From contig OY969691.1 of assembly GCA_963701985.1 (NCBI GenBank), forward strand, positions 888,135-952,134: DNA of 64,000 nucleotides, given 5' to 3'. Both the position numbers and the translations under genes were made by a program. The notes beneath the pieces were generated by a model, which saw nothing but the letters and a program-made list of their open reading frames with translations, was not told the DNA's origin and did not search any database. This document shows positions 38,652-50,626 of this stretch, piece after piece (position 1 is the first letter of the stretch; every line of letters begins with the position of its first letter). This DNA comes from an uncultured Coriobacteriia bacterium (lineage in GTDB: Bacteria; Actinomycetota; Coriobacteriia; Anaerosomatales; PALSA-660).

Positions 38652-39530
38652 CTACTCCGTGGGGCCGACGTGGTCTCGCACGTCGGCGAAGACGTCCGCG
38701 TCCATGTGCACGCTGTGTTCATCCCCCGGGAACGAGCCGGCGCGCACGTCCGAGGCGTAGCGGCCGACCGCGTCGCGCACCGCCGCTCCCAGGTCCGCGT
38801 ACCGTCCCGCGTGACGGGGCACGAAGGTGCCGCCGAGCCCGAGAAGGTCGTGGAACACCTGCACCTGGCCGTCGCAGCCGACTCCCGCGCCGATGCCGAT
38901 CGTCGCGATCTCCACGCTCTTGGTGACAAGAGCTGCGAGCTCCGCGGGGATGCACTCGAGGACGACGGCGAACGCTCCCGCGTCCTGCAACGCCACGCAG
39001 TCGGCGATCAGCGCGCGGGCCGCCGCGGCGTCCTTGCCCTGGGTGCGGTACCCGCCGAGCTGGCGGATCGACTGCGGCGTCAGCCCGACGTGGCCCATGA
39101 CCGCGATGCCCGCCGAGGTCATGCGCGCCACCGTCGGAGCGATCGCGGCGCCGCCCTCCAGCTTGACGGCGCCGGCGCCGGCCTCGGCGAGGAGCCAGCC
39201 GGCGTTCCGCATGGCGTCCTCGGCGCTGATCTGGAAACTCATGAACGGCATGTCGGCGACGACCAGCGCGCGGGAGACCCCGCGCACGACCGCGGCGGTC
39301 GCCCGAAGCATGTCGTCCATCGTGACCGGCAGCGTCGAAGCGTGGCCGAGGACGGTGTTGCCCATGGAGTCGCCGACCAGGATGGCGTCGACGCCGGCTT
39401 CGTCGACGAGGCGCGCCGAGGGCGCGTCGTACGCGGTGACCATGACGATCGGCCGGCCCGACTGCTTGAGCTCGCGGAACGACGACGTGGTGACCGGCCG
39501 CACCGGCCGTGGAGCTTCGTGGACGCTCAT
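38652..39530 (-). CDS. panB: 3-methyl-2-oxobutanoate hydroxymethyltransferase
   Basis: ORF trimmed to ATG 39530 (GGAAGGAG upstream). IVMVTAYDAPSARLVDEAGVDAILVGDSMG...VVADMPF.S....VKLEGG...GHVGLTPQS. Confidence 0.9.
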   Translation of the reverse strand: MSVHEAPRPVRPVTTSSFRELKQSGRPIVMVTAYDAPSARLVDEAGVDAILVGDSMGNTVLGHASTLPVTMDDMLRATAAVVRGVSRALVVADMPFMSFQISAEDAMRNAGWLLAEAGAGAVKLEGGAAIAPTVARMTSAGIAVMGHVGLTPQSIRQLGGYRTQGKDAAAARALIADCVALQDAGAFAVVLECIPAELAALVTKSVEIATIGIGAGVGCDGQVQVFHDLLGLGGTFVPRHAGRYADLGAAVRDAVGRYASDVRAGSFPGDEHSVHMDADVFADVRDHVGPTE

Positions 39531-39643
39531 GGGCGTCTCCTTCCCGATCCCACCGTCCCAGCCCGTTCCGAAGACGGGTCCAGGCGGTCCCATCGAAGAC
39601 TCACGCCTCGACGTTCGAGGCGCGCGAGTAGCCAGCATAGCAT

Positions 39644-39674
39644 CGGGGCCCCGGTGATCCGCACCGGGGCCCCG
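39644..39674 (-). terminator. GC-rich hairpin downstream of hppA (possible intrinsic terminator)
   Basis: Perfect 13-bp stem CGGGGCCCCGGTG / CACCGGGGCCCCG with a 5-nt loop, 34 nt past the hppA stop. There is no clear U-tract. Confidence 0.35.
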
Positions 39675-39707
39675 ACTCATCAGCGCGATCCCGCGTCCGC
39701 GCGCGCC

Positions 39708-41910
<2,203 letters not shown>

Positions 41911-42052
41911 CGACTCCCCTTTCTCATCCGACCGGAGCGCTCGCGCCTCGGCTCCGCGCGCCCTGCACACGCGGTGTCGGTTGTCGTAACACGCACGCAA
42001 CTCAGCCGTCAACGAGCGCCGTCAGAATAGTCCCGCCGGGAACGCGAAGAGA

Positions 42053-42073
42053 CCCGGCGAGTCGCCCGCCGGG
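42053..42073 (-). terminator. Hairpin downstream of the zinc-ribbon gene (possible terminator)
   Basis: On the minus strand, CCCGGCG-ggcgact-CGCCGGG is followed by TCTCTTCG, about 30 nt after the stop at 42103. Confidence 0.35.
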
Positions 42074-42102
42074 CCTCTTCGGATGTCGCGACGCCGCGCC
42101 CC

Positions 42103-42621
42103 TCACTGGAAGAGCAGCACGACCCATGTGCCGTTCTGCTTGATCACGGTCACTTGGTCCATACGCTGCTCGTACGTGCCCTTGGCGCCGTCCTTCAACC
42201 ACGAGGCGGAGAACTGCACGGTCGCCGTCGAGCTGCCGGACGGCAGGTCTGTCTTGATGATCTTCAGGTCCTTCAGGTCGGGCAGGCCCCTCGACGTCGA
42301 CTTCGCCTGGCCCGCCGCCTGCACGAACTGCTGCATCTCGGCTTGCGTCATCTTGCCGTGGGTGGCGTTGTCGAGGATCTGCTGGCCGTCGAAGTCCGCG
42401 TACCCGCCCATCATGCGCGTGACGGCGCCCCCGGGCGTGTTCGGGAACGCGAACCCGCGCCAGATGAAGTATCCGGCGCACGCGAGGGCGATGACGACGA
42501 CCGCGACGACGGCGATCGCCACGACGCGCGGGCGCATGGACACGGCGGCCGCGCGCGTTCCGCAGTCGGGGCAGGTATCGGCGCCCGAAGGCATCTCGGC
42601 GCCGCAGTTCGCGCATCTCAT
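42103..42621 (-). CDS. Zinc-ribbon membrane-anchored protein, hypothetical
   Basis: MRCANCGAEMPSGADTCPDCG (CxxC...CxxC), then a TM helix VVAIAVVAVVVIALACAGYFIW and an extracytoplasmic ~110-aa domain. Confidence 0.6.
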   Translation of the reverse strand: MRCANCGAEMPSGADTCPDCGTRAAAVSMRPRVVAIAVVAVVVIALACAGYFIWRGFAFPNTPGGAVTRMMGGYADFDGQQILDNATHGKMTQAEMQQFVQAAGQAKSTSRGLPDLKDLKIIKTDLPSGSSTATVQFSASWLKDGAKGTYEQRMDQVTVIKQNGTWVVLLFQ

Positions 42622-42696
42622 GGCGGATCTCCAAGGAGGTCGAGCAGAGGAAGTGGCACGGAGTATAGCACCGCCGGTGCCACCCTTCGGCCGTCG

Positions 42697-43212
42697 TCAC
42701 CGCTCGTCGGGGGTCAGATCCTCGAAGCCCGGAACGGGCCCGAGGACGCCGGTGACGCGCCCCGCGACCGCCCGTGAAGCGTCTGGACGAGTGCCGTCGG
42801 GAAGACGTACGTCCGGTGCCAGCTCGAGCAGGGGCGTCACCACGAAGTCGCGCTCGGCCAGCCTCGGATGCGGCACGGTGAGACGCGGCGTCCGGAGGCT
42901 CCGATCGCCGAAGAGCAGCACGTCGAGGTCGATGACACGCGGGCCGAACCGTGGCGCCGCGACGCGGCCCAGCCGTGATTCCACATCCTTGCAGGCCTCC
43001 AGGAGCGCCTCCGCGTCCCCGGCCCACGAGACCTCGGCGACCGCGTTGGCGAACGCCGGCTGCCCGGCGATGCCCCACGGCTCCGACTCGTACACGTGCG
43101 AGACGGCGATCACGCGGGCGCCCGGCGCCGCCGAGAGCTCGCGCAGTGCCGCGGCGAGATTCCCGCGCCGGTCACCGAGGTTGGACCCGAGGCCGATGTA
43201 GGCGGTCGGCAC
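42697..43212 (-). CDS. folK: 2-amino-4-hydroxy-6-hydroxymethyldihydropteridine diphosphokinase
   Basis: AYIGLGSNLGDR...VSHVYESEPWG...F.NAV.....L......E..LGR....RFGPR.IDLD.LL...L.VPHPRL.ER.FV..PL. Confidence 0.9.
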   Translation of the reverse strand: MPTAYIGLGSNLGDRRGNLAAALRELSAAPGARVIAVSHVYESEPWGIAGQPAFANAVAEVSWAGDAEALLEACKDVESRLGRVAAPRFGPRVIDLDVLLFGDRSLRTPRLTVPHPRLAERDFVVTPLLELAPDVRLPDGTRPDASRAVAGRVTGVLGPVPGFEDLTPDER

Positions 43213-43216
43213 GGTC

Positions 43217-43861
43217 TCAGCCCCGCAGCACGAGGAAGAGCACGAGCGCCGCGATCACGACCACCGCGATCAGGACCAGCGTCCCCCGCCCGACCGCCGA
43301 AGGCTTCCCCGCGCCCCGCGCGATGCGCGCGTTGTCCGAGAGCTGCATGCCGCGGGGCCCCGCGCTCGTGGCGGAAGGCGCCCCGACGTCGGGCTCGGCC
43401 CAGCCCGGCGCCCCGGACGACCGTGCGGCGTCGACCTGGGGGCCCATCGCCTCCGTCGCCGGTCCCGTCCACGAGATGCCGCTCGGCGGGCCCGCCCCGA
43501 CCGCTTCGCGAACACGCTGCACCTGCGATGCCGGGACCACGATGCTCGTCCTCGCGGGCGCCGTGACCGCGTACGGATCCATGCTCGTCGTTCGCGGGTC
43601 TCGCGGGTCCCAGCCGTAGTCGATGCCGTTCGACTCGAGGAACGCCGCGATGCGCAGCAGCTCGCCCGTGGCCGTCCCGCCGACGTCCTCGGTCAGCACG
43701 GGCACCCACGCCTCGTTGCTCGGCGGTATCGTCCGCGGAGCCTCGGGGCGTTCCCGCGCGACGGCCCGCTCCGCGCGCCGTAGCGCCTCGGGGTCCTCGA
43801 CGCCGACCTCATCGGCCGACGCGTCGGCCGCGCCGTCCGGCCCGCCAGGCTGCTCGTTCAC
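43217..43861 (-). CDS. Hypothetical protein with C-terminal TM anchor
   Basis: GTG 43861 overlaps the folP stop (GTGA). It has an acidic low-complexity N-terminus, a small globular segment WVPVLTEDVGGTATGELLRIAAFLESNGIDYGWDP, and a C-terminal helix LVLIAVVVIAALVLFLVL. It occupies the slot where folB usually sits. Confidence 0.5.
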   Translation of the reverse strand: MNEQPGGPDGAADASADEVGVEDPEALRRAERAVARERPEAPRTIPPSNEAWVPVLTEDVGGTATGELLRIAAFLESNGIDYGWDPRDPRTTSMDPYAVTAPARTSIVVPASQVQRVREAVGAGPPSGISWTGPATEAMGPQVDAARSSGAPGWAEPDVGAPSATSAGPRGMQLSDNARIARGAGKPSAVGRGTLVLIAVVVIAALVLFLVLRG

Positions 43862-44697
43862 GCGATGCCCCGTTCGATGGCGGTCGCGACGCGCAGCGCC
43901 GCGACGGTGTCCGCGACGTCGTGCACGCGCACGATCGAAGCGCCGCGGCGCACGACGTCGACGGCGGCGCCGACGCTGCCGGCCACGCGACGCCGCGGCT
44001 CGGGCTCGCCGGTCACCTCGCCGATGAACCGCTTGCGCGACGCGCCCACGAGCACCGGATAGCCGAGCGACGCGATCTCGCCGATCCGGCGCAGGAGCTC
44101 CAGGTTGTGGGCGGTCGTCTTGCCGAACCCGATGCCGGGATCGACGGCGATGCGGTCCGGCGCCACGCCCGCCGAGAGCAGCGCCTCCACGCGTCGCGCG
44201 AGGAACTCCCGGACCTCCGCGACGACGTCGCGGTACGAGGGAGCGACCTGCATGGTCCGCGGTTCGCCGAGCATGTGCATGACGACGAGTCCCACGTCGG
44301 TCGAGGCGGCGACGTCGCGCAGCGCCTCGTCCCGGAACCCGGTGATGTCGTTGACGACGCCGGCGCCGGCCTCGACGCAGGCGGCGGCCACCTCGGCATG
44401 ACGCGTGTCGACCGACACGCACACCCCGTCGGCGGCCAGGGCCTCCACGGTCTCACGCACGCGAGCGAGCTCGACGCCGGACGGCAGTTCCTCCGCACCG
44501 GGTCGCGTCGACTCACCCCCGACGTCGACGATGTCGGCGCCCTCCATGACCAGGCGACGACCCGCCGCGATCGCGCTGGCCGCGTCGATGGTCTCCCCGC
44601 CGTTGGAGAACGAGTCGGGCGTCACGTTGACGATGCCCATGACGTACGGCCGCGACAGTCCGAACAACCGCGTGCCGCACCGCCAGACGCGCTCCAT
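43858..44697 (-). CDS. folP: Dihydropteroate synthase
   Basis: VMGIVNVTPDSFSNGG...GADIVDVGGESTRPGA...SVDT....VA.A...GA..VNDI.G...VVMHM.G.P..M...DPGIGFGKT. Confidence 0.9.
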   Translation of the reverse strand: MERVWRCGTRLFGLSRPYVMGIVNVTPDSFSNGGETIDAASAIAAGRRLVMEGADIVDVGGESTRPGAEELPSGVELARVRETVEALAADGVCVSVDTRHAEVAAACVEAGAGVVNDITGFRDEALRDVAASTDVGLVVMHMLGEPRTMQVAPSYRDVVAEVREFLARRVEALLSAGVAPDRIAVDPGIGFGKTTAHNLELLRRIGEIASLGYPVLVGASRKRFIGEVTGEPEPRRRVAGSVGAAVDVVRRGASIVRVHDVADTVAALRVATAIERGIA

Positions 44698-44700
44698 CGC

Positions 44701-45267
44701 CTACGCGCCGCCCTTGATGAGCGACATGGCCTCCGACCGCGTGGCGGCCTGCGTGCGGAACAGCCCGCGCACCGCCGACGTGGTCGTGACGGCGCCGGCC
44801 TTCCGCACGCCGCGCATCGACATGCACAGATGCTCGGCCTCGATGACGACGATCACGCCCTGCGGGTGCAGATGCTCGACGATCGTGTCCGCGATCTGCG
44901 CCGTCATCCGCTCCTGCACCTGAGGACGCCGCGCGAACATCTCGACGACGCGCGCGAGCTTGCTCAGCCCGCAGATCCGGCCGTTCGCCCCGGGGATGTA
45001 GGCCACGTGCGCGCGTCCCAGGAACGGCAGCAGATGGTGCTCGCACATCGAGTACAGCGGGATGTCGCGGACGAGCACCATCTCCTGGTGGTCCTCCGAG
45101 AACGTGAGCTGGAACAGCCCCGACGGATCGCCGCCGATGCCGGCGAAGATCTCCTCGTACATGTCGGCCACGCGATCGGGCGTGCCGACCAGACCCTCGC
45201 GCTGCGGATCCTCCCCCATGCCTTCCAGCATGAGGCGGACGCCGCGCCTGATCTTCTCCTTGTCCAT
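44701..45267 (-). CDS. folE: GTP cyclohydrolase I
   Basis: ORF trimmed to ATG 45267 (GGAGAAG upstream). [16 protein letters not shown]...[18 protein letters not shown]...[10 protein letters not shown]...RPQVQERMT. Confidence 0.9.
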   Translation of the reverse strand: MDKEKIRRGVRLMLEGMGEDPQREGLVGTPDRVADMYEEIFAGIGGDPSGLFQLTFSEDHQEMVLVRDIPLYSMCEHHLLPFLGRAHVAYIPGANGRICGLSKLARVVEMFARRPQVQERMTAQIADTIVEHLHPQGVIVVIEAEHLCMSMRGVRKAGAVTTTSAVRGLFRTQAATRSEAMSLIKGGA

Positions 45268-45355
45268 GTGCTTCTCCGGCTTGCCGAGACAGGGGCGCCC
45301 GCCGCGGGCGCCGTTCGTCCCAGTATGCCCCATCCTCGGGCCGGCCGAGCCGGAT

Positions 45356-45375
45356 GCACCGCCCCGGGGCGGTGC
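45356..45375 (-). terminator. Perfect 20-nt GC palindrome abutting the tadC stop (possible terminator)
   Basis: GCACCGCCCCGGGGCGGTGC lies immediately after the tadC TAG (45376-45378). No U-tract. A second hairpin GGCGCCCG-ccg-CGGGCGCC at 45294-45312 lies in the folE leader. Confidence 0.35.
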
Positions 45376-46317
45376 CTAGTGGATGACGCCGAACGTCCTG
45401 CCGATCGCGATGATGGCGGGCCCGAGGACGACGAGCAGCGTGGCCGGCAGCATGCACAGGATGATCGGGAAGACCATCTTCACCGGCGCCTTCTGCGCCT
45501 TCTCCTCGACGACCTGACGGCGCTTCTTCCGCAGCTCCCGCGACTGCGCCTGCAGGATCGCGCTCACGCTGACTCCGAACATGTCGGCCTGCACCATCGC
45601 GGTGATGAAGTTGTCGAGCTCCGGCACCTCGGTGCGCTCGCCCAGGTGACGCAGGGCGTCGCGGCGCGTGCCGCCCGCCTGCACCTCGGCGAGCATCCTG
45701 CCGAACTCCTCGGCGAGGGGCCCGCGTGTGTTCTGTATGAGCCTGACGAGCGCCATGTCGAATCCGAGCCCCGCCTGCACGCTGATGGTCAGCATGTCGA
45801 GCATGTCGGGCAGCGCTCGGCGCACCTTCTCCTGACGCCTCGCGATCGCATGGTCGAGCCAGACGCCGGGAGCCGCGTAGCCCGCGGCCACGATGGCGAT
45901 GAAGAGCACGGCGGACAGCGGAGTGAGCCGCAGGTGCGTGAGGAGCAGCGGCCCGAGGCCGAGCGCCAGCCCCGCGAGCACGCTCGCGATGCGCAGCGCC
46001 ACGAAGCCCTCGGAGGTGAGCCGCCGGTCGTCTCCCGCCAAGACCAGCTTGCGCCGCACGCGCTCGCTCGCGTCGGCGGGCAGCAGCGCCCGCACGCCGC
46101 CGATGACGCGGTCGATCGAAGGCCGCAGGACGCGCGAGCGGAACGGCCGGATGAGGGGTTCCGCCTCGGACGCCTGCTGGACCTCCCACGCGGACACCGT
46201 GCGCAACGCCTTCGTGACGCGCCGCTCCTCCGAGAAGAACAGCCCGAGGAAGACGACCGCCACAACGGCGACGGAAGCGAACACGAGGAGTGCGATGAGC
46301 GCGGGCACGGCGATCAC
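45376..46317 (-). CDS. tadC: Tad/Flp pilus assembly inner-membrane protein TadC
   Basis: GspF/T2SSF-like: LPDMLDMLTISVQAGLGFD.AL......GPLAEEF......G..R..AL..L..R. GTG 46317 overlaps the tadB stop (GTGA). Confidence 0.8.
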   Translation of the reverse strand: MIAVPALIALLVFASVAVVAVVFLGLFFSEERRVTKALRTVSAWEVQQASEAEPLIRPFRSRVLRPSIDRVIGGVRALLPADASERVRRKLVLAGDDRRLTSEGFVALRIASVLAGLALGLGPLLLTHLRLTPLSAVLFIAIVAAGYAAPGVWLDHAIARRQEKVRRALPDMLDMLTISVQAGLGFDMALVRLIQNTRGPLAEEFGRMLAEVQAGGTRRDALRHLGERTEVPELDNFITAMVQADMFGVSVSAILQAQSRELRKKRRQVVEEKAQKAPVKMVFPIILCMLPATLLVVLGPAIIAIGRTFGVIH

Positions 46318-47303
46318 ACCTCGATCCGGACGATGCGTTGCAGCCAGACGGCCCCGATGGCGATGAGCAGGAGCGAGATGCCCGAGGCGGCGAGCCCGAT
46401 CGAGCTGGTGAGCAGCTTCGAGAAGTAGCCCGGGTTGAGCATCCACAGCAGGATGCCCTCGACGAACGGCAGCGCGATCAGCACGATGGCCGACAGACGC
46501 CCCTCGCCCGTGAGCGCAGTGATCTGCCCGCGCAGGCCCGAGCGGTCCCTGACCGTCTCGGCGACCAGGTCGAGGACCTCCGCGAGGTTCCCTCCCACCG
46601 TGCGCTGGATCGCGATGGCGGTGACGGCCCAGCGGAAGTCCTCGCTCTGCACACGCTGGGCCATCCGCTCGAGCGCGTCCTCGACCGGGAGCCCGAGCCT
46701 GGCCTCGGTCGCCACGCGCGCGAACTCCGGCCCCGCCGGCGAGCCCATCTCCTGGACGACGATGCCGATCGATTGCAGCAGGCCCCAGCCGGCGCGCATC
46801 GAGCCCGAGAGCAGGTTGAGGACGTCGGGCAGCTGCGCCTGGAACGCCGCGACCCGCTTCCGCGCGAAATAGCGCAGCAGCGCCACCGGTGCGAGCGCGG
46901 CGACCGCCACGACGACGACCGTCACGGCGACGCTGCCGACGATCAGCTGCGCCACGATGCCGCTCGCGAGCACGGCCGCGAGATGCAGCGCGATGTACTC
47001 CACCGGGCGCAGCGGCAGCCCGGCCCGTTCGAGTTCGCCGCGGATCGCGCGGTCGAAACCGCCGCGCGACGCCACCGAGCCCACGACTCCGAGGACGCGG
47101 CCCCGGACGCTCTCCGGGTCGACGAGCGATTCGTCGGCCGCGTTGCCGTTGCCGCCACCGTGCAGCTGCTCGTAGAAGCGCAGCTGCGGCAGGGCGTTCG
47201 ACTCCCGGTGCAGGTACAGCAGCGCCCCGACGGCCAGCAGGGCGGTCGCGATGAACGTGAGTGCCGATATGAGCACCGGCCAGACGTGTGCGCTCATCGT
47301 CAT
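46314..47303 (-). CDS. tadB: Tad/Flp pilus assembly inner-membrane protein TadB
   Basis: T2SSF-like: LPDVLNLLSGSMRAGWGLLQSI...PAGPEF......LG...E.AL..MA.RV. ATGA overlap with tadA. Confidence 0.8.
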   Translation of the reverse strand: MTMSAHVWPVLISALTFIATALLAVGALLYLHRESNALPQLRFYEQLHGGGNGNAADESLVDPESVRGRVLGVVGSVASRGGFDRAIRGELERAGLPLRPVEYIALHLAAVLASGIVAQLIVGSVAVTVVVVAVAALAPVALLRYFARKRVAAFQAQLPDVLNLLSGSMRAGWGLLQSIGIVVQEMGSPAGPEFARVATEARLGLPVEDALERMAQRVQSEDFRWAVTAIAIQRTVGGNLAEVLDLVAETVRDRSGLRGQITALTGEGRLSAIVLIALPFVEGILLWMLNPGYFSKLLTSSIGLAASGISLLLIAIGAVWLQRIVRIEV

Positions 47304-48670
47304 CGCCTCGCGGGCGCTTCGTAGGCGAACGTGTCGGCGGGGATGCGGATGCCGAGGTCCTCGAGCCGCACGGCCGCCTTGGGCCGGATGCCGGTCGACT
47401 TGATGCGGCCGCGGAACCGGCCGTCCTCGTCGACCCCCATCGTGTAGTCGAACGCGAAGAGGTCCTCGAGGATGACGGTCTCGCCCTCCATGCCCTGGAC
47501 CTCGGATATCTGCACGATGCGCCTGCTGCCGTCGCGCAGGCGGGCGAGGTGGATGATGAGGTTCAACGCCGAGGCGACCTGCTCGCGGATGGCGCGGATG
47601 GGCAGGTCGAACCCGCTCATCAGCACCATGGTCTCCAGACGCGACAGCGCGTCGCGCGGGCCGTTCGCGTGTACCGTGGACAGGGAGCCGTCGTGCCCCG
47701 TGTTCATGGCCTGCAGCATGTCGAGCGCCTCGCCGCCGCGCACCTCGCCGACGACGATGCGGTCGGGCCGCATGCGCAGGGAGTTGCGCACCAGGTCGCG
47801 GATCGTGACCTCACCTTGGCGCTCGATGTTGGCCGGCCGCGCCTCGAGGCGCAGCACGTGGGCCTGGCCGAGCCGCAGCTCCGCCGCGTCCTCCACGGTG
47901 ATGATGCGCTCGTCGCCGGGGATGAACGACGACATGACGTTGAGCAGCGTCGTCTTCCCCGAGCCGGTCCCGCCCGAGATCAGGATGTTGAGCCGTCCGC
48001 GCACCGCGGCCTCGAGCAGCTTGGCGACGCGCTCGTCGAGCGTGCCGAAGCCGATCAGGTCGTCCACGGTGTAGGGCTCGCGGCTGAACTTGCGGATGGT
48101 GAGCATCGGACCGTTGATGGCGAGCGGATGCACGATCGCGTTGACGCGCGAGCCGTCCGCGAGGCGCGCGTCGACCATCGGCACGCTCTCGTCCACGCGG
48201 CGCCCCACCTGCCCGACGATCTTGTCGATGATGCGCAGCAGGTGTGCTTCGTCGAGGAAGGAGCGGTCCGTCGGATACAGCTTGCCGCGCCGCTCCACGT
48301 AGATGGTGGTCGGGTTGTTCACCATGATCTCGCTGACCTCGGGGTCGTGGAGGAACACCTCGATCGGCCCGTAGCCGACGACGTTGTCGATGACGTCGGT
48401 CACGATCGACTGCCGGTCGGCGGCGGACAGCGGCGTGGTCTCGTCGGCGAGCAGCTGCCGCAGCCTGATCTCGATCTCGCGCCGCATCGCGCGTTCGTCG
48501 TTCCCGAGGAGCCCGAGCTGCGGGCCGATCGTCTCGATGAGGATCTGGTGCATGCGCCGCTTGATCGCGTCCGTCTCGGCGGACGCGGACGACGCGGGCG
48601 AGAGGACGCCGTCCGCGTTCACGGTCGCTTCGAGCCTGCCTCGCAAGGACATGCCGTCCACCTCCGTCAC
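47300..48670 (-). CDS. tadA: Tad/Flp pilus secretion ATPase TadA/CpaF
   Basis: Walker A GGTGSGKTTLLN. Motifs ITVEDAAEL, RMRPDRIVVGEVRGGEA and GHDGSLSTVHAN. GTG 48670 overlaps the upstream stop. Confidence 0.9.
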   Translation of the reverse strand: MTEVDGMSLRGRLEATVNADGVLSPASSASAETDAIKRRMHQILIETIGPQLGLLGNDERAMRREIEIRLRQLLADETTPLSAADRQSIVTDVIDNVVGYGPIEVFLHDPEVSEIMVNNPTTIYVERRGKLYPTDRSFLDEAHLLRIIDKIVGQVGRRVDESVPMVDARLADGSRVNAIVHPLAINGPMLTIRKFSREPYTVDDLIGFGTLDERVAKLLEAAVRGRLNILISGGTGSGKTTLLNVMSSFIPGDERIITVEDAAELRLGQAHVLRLEARPANIERQGEVTIRDLVRNSLRMRPDRIVVGEVRGGEALDMLQAMNTGHDGSLSTVHANGPRDALSRLETMVLMSGFDLPIRAIREQVASALNLIIHLARLRDGSRRIVQISEVQGMEGETVILEDLFAFDYTMGVDEDGRFRGRIKSTGIRPKAAVRLEDLGIRIPADTFAYEAPARR

Positions 48671-49800
48671 GAGTTCCCGAGCTCGCGGGCGAGCGTCTGG
48701 ATGCTGCGGGCCACGGCGGAGCGCGGCGAGTCCGTCACGACGGGGACGCCGAGGTTGACGCAGCGCGGCACGAGCCGGTCGCTCGGGATGTGAGCGACGA
48801 TCCGGCCCGAAACGGCCTTCTCGATCTCGCGGGGGACGAGCCCGACACGGCTGTCCGAACGGTTCAGCACGAGACGCACGGCGTCCTTGTCGAAGCCGAG
48901 CTGCTCGAGCTTCTCCAGCGCGACCTTCGTGTTCTTCACGCTCGGAACGTCCATGGTGGCGACCGCGAGGATCACGTCGCTGTTCTCCAGGGCGGTGAGC
49001 ACCACGTCCGAGAGGGACGCCGGCGTATCGATCACCACGACGTCGGCCATCATGCGCAGCATCGAGAGGATCTGCGCGATCCTGCCCGCCGTCACGCTCT
49101 CCGCATCCTCCGGCCGGACCGGCGCGAGAAGCGCGCGCAGGCCCGAGTCGTGCGTGACGAGGAAGCCGGAGAGCATCTCCTCGTCGAGACGGTCGAACGC
49201 CTGGGCCGCGTCGAAGATCGTGCGCTCCGGGGGCAGCTGCAGCATGACGGCGACGTCGCCGAACTGCAGGTCGAGATCGACGAGGATGGTCGACCGATCC
49301 AGCGCGCTGAGCGCCACGCCGAGGTTGGTGGCGAGGACGCTCTTCCCGACGCCGCCCTTCGGGCTGAAGACCGAGATCGTCGTGCCCAGCTTCGCCGTCC
49401 CGCCGTCGCCCGGCGCTTCCGCCGACGGCCGTCGCCGCCGGACCGCCTCGTCGGCCGCCAGGACCGCCGCGCCGAGCGCCTCCGCGCCGTCGGCGCTGCT
49501 CAGCACGTCGCGGACGCCCGCCTTGAGCGCCGCACGGAGCAGCTCGGCATCCGCGGGATCGCTCACGATCAGCACCGCGGTGTCGGAACCGGCCTCGCGC
49601 AGCGACGCGGCGAGCTCCGTCGCGTCCGACGCGGTCTGCGACGGAGACGCGACCACCACGGTCGTGGCCGGGCCGACCGACGCCGCGGCCGCCTCCAGGG
49701 ACGGCACGACGGCCGCCTCCGCGCCGGGCGCGCCGTCGAGCAGCGCGCCGAGCTGCTGCGCGGTGAGATCGCCTCCCGCGATGAGGATGCGGGCGCTCAT
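48667..49800 (-). CDS. tadZ: TadZ/CpaE-like ParA/MinD-family ATPase with N-terminal receiver-like domain
   Basis: ISVFSPKGGVGKSVLATNLG (deviant Walker A) follows a ~120-aa receiver-like N-terminus. ATGA overlap with cpaB. Confidence 0.75.
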   Translation of the reverse strand: MSARILIAGGDLTAQQLGALLDGAPGAEAAVVPSLEAAAASVGPATTVVVASPSQTASDATELAASLREAGSDTAVLIVSDPADAELLRAALKAGVRDVLSSADGAEALGAAVLAADEAVRRRRPSAEAPGDGGTAKLGTTISVFSPKGGVGKSVLATNLGVALSALDRSTILVDLDLQFGDVAVMLQLPPERTIFDAAQAFDRLDEEMLSGFLVTHDSGLRALLAPVRPEDAESVTAGRIAQILSMLRMMADVVVIDTPASLSDVVLTALENSDVILAVATMDVPSVKNTKVALEKLEQLGFDKDAVRLVLNRSDSRVGLVPREIEKAVSGRIVAHIPSDRLVPRCVNLGVPVVTDSPRSAVARSIQTLARELGNS

Positions 49801-50564
49801 CTCAGCACCGTGGCTGCCGTCTGGCCGCTGCCGGCCGCCGCCTGGGTGGCCGATCCGGGCACCAACGCCAGCCAGATCGAGCCGTTCTCGACGGCGAACA
49901 CGACCTTCTCGGCGTCGGCGCTCGAGAGCGCGAGCGTGACCGTCTTCGTCGAGCCCGACTGCTGCGAGGTGCTCGCGTTCGCCACCAGGCTGCTGGAGGA
50001 CGGCTGCGGCTGCGACCCGCCGGTCTGCACGCCTGTCGTGTCCGCGACGGCGAGCACTTTGGCGCCGCGGATCATGATGCGCGTCTCCTCGTCGTTGCCG
50101 GTCGCGCTCATGGCGATGGTGCCGAGCACGGCGACGGTGTCGCCCGGCTGGATCAGCCCCGAGACGCCGCGAGCGTCGTCAACCGGGACGGTGACCGCGA
50201 CCAGGTCGCTCGGGACCGCGAACGCGAGCCCCGCGTCGGCGGGCTTCTGGAAGCGCGCCGTGGTCAGAACCTCACCTTTGAGCATCGGCGAATCGACGAC
50301 TCGGCCGGCCACCGCCGTGAGCGACGAGATCGCGCCGTCGGCGACGTACCGCTTCGGCATCCGCACCGTCTCGACCATCCCGTTGTTGAGCAGGTCGGCC
50401 GCGAAGGCACCCTTCGATATGTCCTGCTTGGCCACCAGGACCGTCGTGAGCGCATCGCCGGCCTGCGCTTGACGCTGGACGGCTCCGAGGTAGCCGTACG
50501 CGGCGAACGCCGCCACGCCACCCACGACGATCGCGGCGACCACGATCAGGATCCGAGCTCTCAT
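49797..50564 (-). CDS. cpaB: Flp pilus assembly protein CpaB/RcpC (SAF domain)
   Basis: ORF trimmed to ATG 50564 (GGGGAG upstream). TM anchor ILIVVAAIVVGGVAAFAAY, then VLVAKQDISKGAF.......VE.V.MPK.YV..GAI.....V.GRV....ML.GEVLT..R. Confidence 0.8.
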   Translation of the reverse strand: MRARILIVVAAIVVGGVAAFAAYGYLGAVQRQAQAGDALTTVLVAKQDISKGAFAADLLNNGMVETVRMPKRYVADGAISSLTAVAGRVVDSPMLKGEVLTTARFQKPADAGLAFAVPSDLVAVTVPVDDARGVSGLIQPGDTVAVLGTIAMSATGNDEETRIMIRGAKVLAVADTTGVQTGGSQPQPSSSSLVANASTSQQSGSTKTVTLALSSADAEKVVFAVENGSIWLALVPGSATQAAAGSGQTAATVLR

Positions 50565-50626
50565 GGCGATCGACTCCCCCTCTCGGACGGCCGGCCCCGA
50601 TCCCGCTCGGGACCGCCGATCCGTGC

